Part shown: piece by piece, positions 59,192 through 64,000 of the stretch | Numbering within the stretch: the stretch's first letter is position 1 | How the letters are laid out: each line of letters begins with the position of its first letter | Source: Minicystis rosea | Lineage (GTDB): Bacteria; Myxococcota_A; Polyangia; Polyangiales; Polyangiaceae | Assembly (NCBI GenBank): GCA_001931535.1 | Contig: CP016211.1 | Coordinates: 4,375,573-4,439,572 of the forward strand | Length of the DNA stretch: 64,000 nucleotides | Reading direction: 5' to 3' | The notes under the pieces: generated by a model | Told to the model about the DNA's origin: nothing | The model's database searches: none | What the model saw: the letters and a program-made list of their open reading frames with translations, nothing else | Made by a program: the position numbers and the translations under genes

Positions 59192-60976
59192 ATGCAGGCC
59201 CGGTCAAAGCGTTTGCTCGCCGCCGTCGAGCGCTTCGGGAGCGGCCCTCGGGGGCTCCTTCGTCTCGTCGTCTTGGTCTTGGTGCTGCTCGGCTCGGTGT
59301 GCTTCCAGGGCTTGCAGGTCGATGACCTCTGGCACCGCGGGCTCTTCATCAAGGACCCTTTCTGGGCCATCGGCCCCAAACATTGGTGGCAGCTCTTCAC
59401 CTTCTTCGACGGCAAACCCGAGCTCGTGCAGCACGCGCGCGATCTCGGCATGGTCCCTTGGTGGGCCGACGATCACGTGCGCCTCGCTTTTCTGCGCCCG
59501 CTCTCGTGCCTGACACACGTCCTCGATTACGCGCTCTGGCCGGGCCTCCCGGGCGTCATGCACCTGCACTCGCTCGCTTGGTACGTGGCGCTCGTGCTCG
59601 TCGCGGCGAGCCTGTATCGGCGCGTCCTCCCGCCCGCCGCGGCCGCGCTCGCCGCGCTCTTCTACGCCGTCGATCACAACCACGGCGGCGTCGCCGGCTG
59701 GATCGCCAACCGCAACGCCATCGTCGCGGCCACCTTCGGCCTCGCCGCGGTCGTCTTCCAAGATCGCGCGAGCCGCGGTGAAGCGCGCGCCCGCTGGCTC
59801 GGCGCGCTCTGCTTCGGCCTCGGCCTCCTCTCCGGCGAAAGCGCGCTGGGCGCCGCGGGCTACCTCGCCGCCCACGCGCTCACCCTCGATCGCCGCCCGC
59901 TCCGCGAGCGCCTGCGCGATCTCGCGCCGCACGCCGCCGTGCTCGTGACATGGATGGCCGCTTATCGCATCTTCCATTATGGAGCCTCCGGTTCGGGGAT
60001 GTACCTCGATCCCGGCCGAGCCCCGCTGCGCGTCCTCGCCCACGTCCCGGAATACGCTTCGCTCCTCATCGCCTCCGAGTGGGGATCCATCGCTCCCGAG
60101 ACGGAGATCATCATGCCTCCCGCGGCGCGCATCGGCCTCGTCGCGATGGCCTTCGTCATCGTCCTCGCCGGCCTCGCCGTCCTCTCCCGCAGCCTGCGAA
60201 CGCGCGCCTCCAGCCGCTTTTTGCTGCTCGGCGCGCTGCTCGCCATCCTCCCGTGCTGCGCGACCATGCCGGCCACACGCCTCCTGTTGCTCCCAGGCGT
60301 CGGCCTGATTGGCCTGCTCGCCGAGATCGTCACCGACTTCGTCTCCGGCGAGCATTGGAATCGAGGGCCGATTCGCGTCGCCGCCGGCTATTTCACCTAT
60401 TGGGCCGGCCTCGGCCACCTCGTGCTCTCACCGCTCCTGCTCGGTCCGATGGCGTGGCAGATGGTCATTCTGCAGGACAACCTCATGCAGTTCGCGCAGA
60501 GCTTCCCGCCGGACGACACCGCTCTTCCCCGACAACGCGTCATCGCCGTCGGCGTCCCCGATCCTGCCTTTTCCGGCTACATTCCTCTGCTCCGCCACGA
60601 CCGCGCGTGGACGCTCCCGCGCGCCTCGCTCGGCCTCACCAACGGCACGCGCCCCAGCGAGGTTCGCCGCATCGCCGACGACGTCGTCGAGGTCCACGCC
60701 CCCGGCGGCTTCTACCAATGGGGCACCGACTTCCTGGAGCGTGATCCCGAAGTGCCTTTGCCGGTGGGCACCCGTCATCGCCTCTCCGACGTGACCATCG
60801 AAGTCACGCACGCCACGGAAAAAGGCATCCCGGACGTCGCCCGTTTGACCTTCGACGCCGCCGCGACCGACGCCCGCTATCGTTGGGTCACCTGGAGCGA
60901 CCGCAAATACGTCCCCTTCCCCCTACCCGCCGTGGGCTCGTCCACGACGGTGCCCGCGCAAAAGCCGGGGACGTGA
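59192..60976 (+). CDS. polytopic integral membrane protein (hypothetical; GT-C/DUF-like)
   Basis: About 10 predicted TM segments plus a C-terminal soluble ~150 aa; no motif recognised. Confidence 0.5.
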   Translation: MQARSKRLLAAVERFGSGPRGLLRLVVLVLVLLGSVCFQGLQVDDLWHRGLFIKDPFWAIGPKHWWQLFTFFDGKPELVQHARDLGMVPWWADDHVRLAFLRPLSCLTHVLDYALWPGLPGVMHLHSLAWYVALVLVAASLYRRVLPPAAAALAALFYAVDHNHGGVAGWIANRNAIVAATFGLAAVVFQDRASRGEARARWLGALCFGLGLLSGESALGAAGYLAAHALTLDRRPLRERLRDLAPHAAVLVTWMAAYRIFHYGASGSGMYLDPGRAPLRVLAHVPEYASLLIASEWGSIAPETEIIMPPAARIGLVAMAFVIVLAGLAVLSRSLRTRASSRFLLLGALLAILPCCATMPATRLLLLPGVGLIGLLAEIVTDFVSGEHWNRGPIRVAAGYFTYWAGLGHLVLSPLLLGPMAWQMVILQDNLMQFAQSFPPDDTALPRQRVIAVGVPDPAFSGYIPLLRHDRAWTLPRASLGLTNGTRPSEVRRIADDVVEVHAPGGFYQWGTDFLERDPEVPLPVGTRHRLSDVTIEVTHATEKGIPDVARLTFDAAATDARYRWVTWSDRKYVPFPLPAVGSSTTVPAQKPGT

Positions 60977-61145
60977 CGACGCGCACGGCCCCAACACCGC
61001 TTCGCTCGAGCACGCGACGTCCGACTCCCAAGCTCACGAGCATCGGAGTCGATTCAACACCTCGCCGCGACTCCACCTCTCGACACGCGCTCCATTCACC
61101 ATCACGGAGCTCGCCGCCCTCGCGGCGAGCCCGTCCCCTCTGCCG

Positions 61146-61667
61146 TCACCAGGCCCGATCGCGCATCTTCATGCGGTAATCCTGCTTGTAGGCGTCGTGG
61201 CATTTCTTGCACGAGGCCTTGGCTCCATCGATGTCGCCGGCTTTGGCCTTGGCGGCGCCTTCTTTGGAGATGGCGACCCATTGGTCGTAGCCGGGCGGAG
61301 GCCGCTTCCCTGCATAAGTCAGCGCCTCGGAGAGCTTCTCGCCGTCGCCGCTCGAGGACGCGGGCGCCATCACCTTCTTCATCCACCCTTGCATCGGACA
61401 GGGCTTTTGACCTTTGGCGCCGCAAGCCCACTTCGTCAGCTCGAGCTGCGGCTCCGAGGTCTCGGTCGCGTCCGACGTCGTCGTCGTGACCGTGGTCGGT
61501 GCCGAGGTCGGCGTCGCGCTCCCGGCGGCGGTCGTGGTCGCAGCCGCCGTCACGCTCGCGGTCGCGGTCGCAGTGGGCACGCCTGAAGCGCCTTTTTCCC
61601 CACACCCCGCGACCAAGCCCAACATGCCCGCCAGCAACGCCGCGAGCCGATTCGTCGTTCTCTCCAT
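61146..61667 (-). CDS. c-type cytochrome lipoprotein (cytochrome c'-like, C-terminal CxxCH)
   Basis: ATG at 61667 (MERTTNRLAALLAGMLGLVAGCG lipobox); CKKCH lies 18 aa from the C-terminus. The upstream part of ORF ..62333 is antisense to 61795..62754. Confidence 0.6.
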   Translation of the reverse strand: MERTTNRLAALLAGMLGLVAGCGEKGASGVPTATATASVTAAATTTAAGSATPTSAPTTVTTTTSDATETSEPQLELTKWACGAKGQKPCPMQGWMKKVMAPASSSGDGEKLSEALTYAGKRPPPGYDQWVAISKEGAAKAKAGDIDGAKASCKKCHDAYKQDYRMKMRDRAW

Positions 61668-61794
61668 CGCGCGCACCATAACGCGACCGGGCTCTCCCTC
61701 GCGAGCCTCGAAGACCAACCCGACGCCGGCCAGGCAGTCCCGCAACCGCAGGTCAGGCACAGCATCCCAAACCAGCGGAAGGGGGATCTTACCC

Positions 61795-62754
61795 ATGCGC
61801 TTCTGGCATGTATCGCTGTTCGTGACCGCGCTCACCGCGCCCGTCCTGGTCACCCCGAGCACCGACGCCGCCGAGTGCTCGCAACCGCCGCGCGGCGGCA
61901 GCTCCTCCGGCGGCACCGTCACGCCACCGGCGACCACCGGATCTTCCGGCAGCAATACCTCTTCTGGTGATCCGGCCACGTCCGGCGCCGGCGGCGCGAG
62001 CACGGGCACCTCCGGCAGCTCCAACGCAGGTGGCGCGCCGAGCGGCGGTGAGCCGAGCGAGGGTGGCGCCGCAAACGCAGGTGGAGCGGCAAACGAGGGT
62101 GGTGCTGCGAACGCAGGTGGTGCACCGAGCGGTGGTGAGCCCAACGAGGGTGGTGCCGCAAATGCAGGTGGCGCGCCCAACGAGGGTGGAGCTGCGAACG
62201 CAGGTGGCGCGCCCAATGGTGGTGAGCCCAACGAGGGTGGTGCACCCGGCGATCCCAACGCCGGTGTCGGCGGTGGCACGAGCAGTGGAGATCCTCCGAT
62301 CCCCCGCGATCGCACGACCTGCGATGCGGCCAAGGCCTGTTACGAGCGCTGCACGCCGGAGTGCACGTGGTACTGCGCCGACATCCACGATTGTGCGCCC
62401 ACCTGCATCGATCGCTGCGAGCACGAGTGTGACAAGGTCTGCCCCATTTCCAACTGCGAGAAGTACTGCACCACCACGTGCAACCTCGATTGCCGGATCC
62501 AGTGCCTCGAGGCCGACGATCGCGAGGGGTGCATCGCGTCATGCTCGTCCACCTGCCCCGCCCAGTGCGACGCCAAGTGCGGGCCGACCGAGCTTGGCCC
62601 GGCCGAGATCAAGAGCGCGCGCAAGGCCGCGAGCTGCGCGCTGTCCGAGCCGATTGGCTCGCTCGGCAATGGGTCCGTGCTCGGCCTCGGTGTCCTCGCC
62701 GGTCTCGCCGCCTGCCGGCGCCGGGCGAAGCGGGGTTCTCCCGGACGCGCGTGA
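61795..62754 (+). CDS. secreted repeat protein: (GGAANAGGAPNEGG)n repeats, Cys-rich module, MYXO-CTERM-like tail
   Basis: ATG at 61795 after GGAAGGGGGA; signal peptide; about 9 Gly/Ala/Asn repeats; 26 Cys; C-terminal GSVLGLGVLAGLAACRRRAKR. Confidence 0.6.
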   Translation: MRFWHVSLFVTALTAPVLVTPSTDAAECSQPPRGGSSSGGTVTPPATTGSSGSNTSSGDPATSGAGGASTGTSGSSNAGGAPSGGEPSEGGAANAGGAANEGGAANAGGAPSGGEPNEGGAANAGGAPNEGGAANAGGAPNGGEPNEGGAPGDPNAGVGGGTSSGDPPIPRDRTTCDAAKACYERCTPECTWYCADIHDCAPTCIDRCEHECDKVCPISNCEKYCTTTCNLDCRIQCLEADDREGCIASCSSTCPAQCDAKCGPTELGPAEIKSARKAASCALSEPIGSLGNGSVLGLGVLAGLAACRRRAKRGSPGRA

Positions 62755-62770
62755 CGTGTAAAACGGCAGG

Positions 62771-64000
62771 GTGATCCGCCGCTCCTCGATCCACGCCATT
62801 CCCTTCGCCATCGCCTCCCTCGCCGTCGTCGCCTGCGAGAGCTTGCCGCCGCCTCCGCCGCCGCAGGTGGCGTCGACACCCGCGCCCGAGCAGAGCGCCG
62901 CGCCGGCCGCCGCGCCGCCGACCGAAGAAGAGGCGCGCGCTTTCCTGGCCGCGGTCGACGGCGATCTGCGCAAGCTGTGGACGGCGTCTTCGCGCGCCGC
63001 GTGGGTCGCGCAGAACTTCATCACCGACGACAGCGAGGCGCTCTCCGCCTCCGCCGAAGAGGCGAGCATGGAGTTCATGTCGCGCACCATCAAGTCCGCG
63101 ACGCGCTTCGACGGGGTCAAGCTCCCGTCCGATCTCACCCGCCAGCTCTGGCTCCTCAAGATCGGCAGTCAGCTCCCCGCCCCGAGCGATCCGAAGGAGC
63201 GCGCCGAGCTCGCCGAGACGAGCGTGGCCATGACCGGCGAGTACGGCAAAGGCAAGTATTGCCCCGAGCGCCTGAAGAACGATCCCAAGGCCAAGAAGAA
63301 GTGTCTCTCGCTCGGCGATCTCACCAACATCATGGAGAAGAGCCGCAAGTACGACGAGCTCCTCGACGCCTGGCGCGGCTGGCACTCCATCGCTCCGCCC
63401 ATCAAGCCCAAGTTCGTCCGCTACGTCGAGCTCGGCAACAAGGGCGCGCGGGAGATCGGCTTCAAGGATCTCGGCGAGCTCTGGCGCTCCGGCTACGACA
63501 TGCCGGCCGCCGATTTCGAGGCCGACACCGACCGTCTCTGGAGCCAGGTCAAACCGCTCTACGACGATCTCCACTGCTACGTCCGGAGCCGCCTGCAAAA
63601 GGCCTACGGCAAGGACAAGATCCCCGACAAGGCCCCCATCCCCGCGCACCTCCTCGGCAACATGTGGGCGCAGGAGTGGCAAAACATCTACGAGCTCGTG
63701 GAGCCCTACAAGGGTGAAGCCCCGCTCGACGTCACCAAGAAGATCAAGCAGAAGAAGCTCGACGAGAAGGCCATGGTGCGCATCGGCGAAGGCTTCTTCG
63801 TCTCGCTCGGCCTCGATCCGCTGCCGAAATCGTTCTGGGAGCGCTCGCTCTTCCGGAAGCCGGCCGACCGCGACGTGGTCTGTCACGCGAGCGCGTGGGA
63901 CGTCGGCTTCAACGACGATCTGCGCATCAAGATGTGCATCGAGCCGAAGGAGGACGATCTCATCACCATCCACCACGAGCTCGGGCACGATTACTACTTC
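62771..64000 (+). CDS. M2 family peptidyl-dipeptidase (angiotensin-converting-enzyme-like), 5' partial that continues past the window end
   Basis: GTG at 62771 with lipoprotein signal AIASLAVVAC; the ACE-like region ends at the HExxH motif (TIHHELGHDYYF) at the window edge. Confidence 0.8.
   Translation, partial: MIRRSSIHAIPFAIASLAVVACESLPPPPPPQVASTPAPEQSAAPAAAPPTEEEARAFLAAVDGDLRKLWTASSRAAWVAQNFITDDSEALSASAEEASMEFMSRTIKSATRFDGVKLPSDLTRQLWLLKIGSQLPAPSDPKERAELAETSVAMTGEYGKGKYCPERLKNDPKAKKKCLSLGDLTNIMEKSRKYDELLDAWRGWHSIAPPIKPKFVRYVELGNKGAREIGFKDLGELWRSGYDMPAADFEADTDRLWSQVKPLYDDLHCYVRSRLQKAYGKDKIPDKAPIPAHLLGNMWAQEWQNIYELVEPYKGEAPLDVTKKIKQKKLDEKAMVRIGEGFFVSLGLDPLPKSFWERSLFRKPADRDVVCHASAWDVGFNDDLRIKMCIEPKEDDLITIHHELGHDYYF

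Noticed and set aside
61146-62333. 395-aa minus-strand ORF with Pro-rich 'PPAFAAPPSLG' repeats
   Set aside because: Its N-terminal 220 aa are the antisense image of the GGAANAGG repeats of the plus-strand gene 61795..62754. Only the C-terminal cytochrome-like part (from ATG 61667) has a lipoprotein signal and a heme motif.

Overview
High-GC (~70%) window with Myxococcota hallmarks: a MYXO-CTERM-like sorting tail, MopE-type CNGIDDNCDG repeats, DUF4388 and DUF2378/TIGR02265-like proteins, an FGE-like protein, a Ser/Thr kinase and many Cys-rich lipoproteins. The genome is almost certainly a Sorangiineae/Nannocystineae-type myxobacterium. Coding density is high on both strands. Many long antisense 'ORFs' in the six-frame track are GC artefacts and were ignored.

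Gene content, 5' to 3':
- Classical menaquinone cluster on the minus strand: menA fragment, menD, menF, ubiE/menG, a polyprenyl-PP synthase, and a GbsR-type regulator.
- S8 protease, GTP-dependent PEP carboxykinase, a metallophosphoesterase, and a cluster of 20-bp palindromic REP-like repeats between convergent genes.
- GNAT acetyltransferase, a kynureninase-like PLP enzyme, lipoproteins, an FGE-like protein and a GAF-PAS histidine kinase.
- A putative small biosynthetic operon: DUF952, a SAM methyltransferase, and a discoidin-like domain fused to an NRPS-like A-T-R reductase.
- A 630-aa protein carrying DDxxD, NSE-like and RY motifs (candidate large terpene-synthase-like enzyme), next to a Rieske-[2Fe-2S]::FAD-reductase fusion and a GT-C membrane glycosyltransferase.
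- A 1058-aa protein with more than 20 NCGxCG Cys repeats followed by a Gly-rich tail, then AGGTTGAGC repeat arrays flanking a hypothetical gene, and a long IS200/RAYT-like HuH-Y1 transposase.
- A ferritin-like / 4Fe-4S / CDGSH gene interrupted by two frameshifts at poly-C runs.
- An M14 carboxypeptidase and a Ser/Thr kinase with a DUF1566 ectodomain.
- A V4R, Roadblock/LC7, OmpA, coiled-coil-Roadblock, histidine kinase and REC-DUF4388 module with no GTPase.

The most striking locus is at 53.6-61.7 kb. It is preceded by a ~46-bp x5 tandem repeat. It encodes a NirB-like FAD/NAD(P)H flavoprotein with a BFD [2Fe-2S] motif, joined through a ~560-aa Pro-rich disordered linker to a ferric-reductase-like bis-heme b membrane domain (two HX13H pairs). 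This is followed by an ~11-heme cytochrome c, a DUF3365 monoheme lipoprotein, a polytopic membrane protein, and a divergent cytochrome c'-like lipoprotein. Together these look like a previously undescribed transmembrane electron-export conduit.

The window ends inside an M2 (ACE-like) peptidyl-dipeptidase gene. No rRNA, tRNA or CRISPR features were found.
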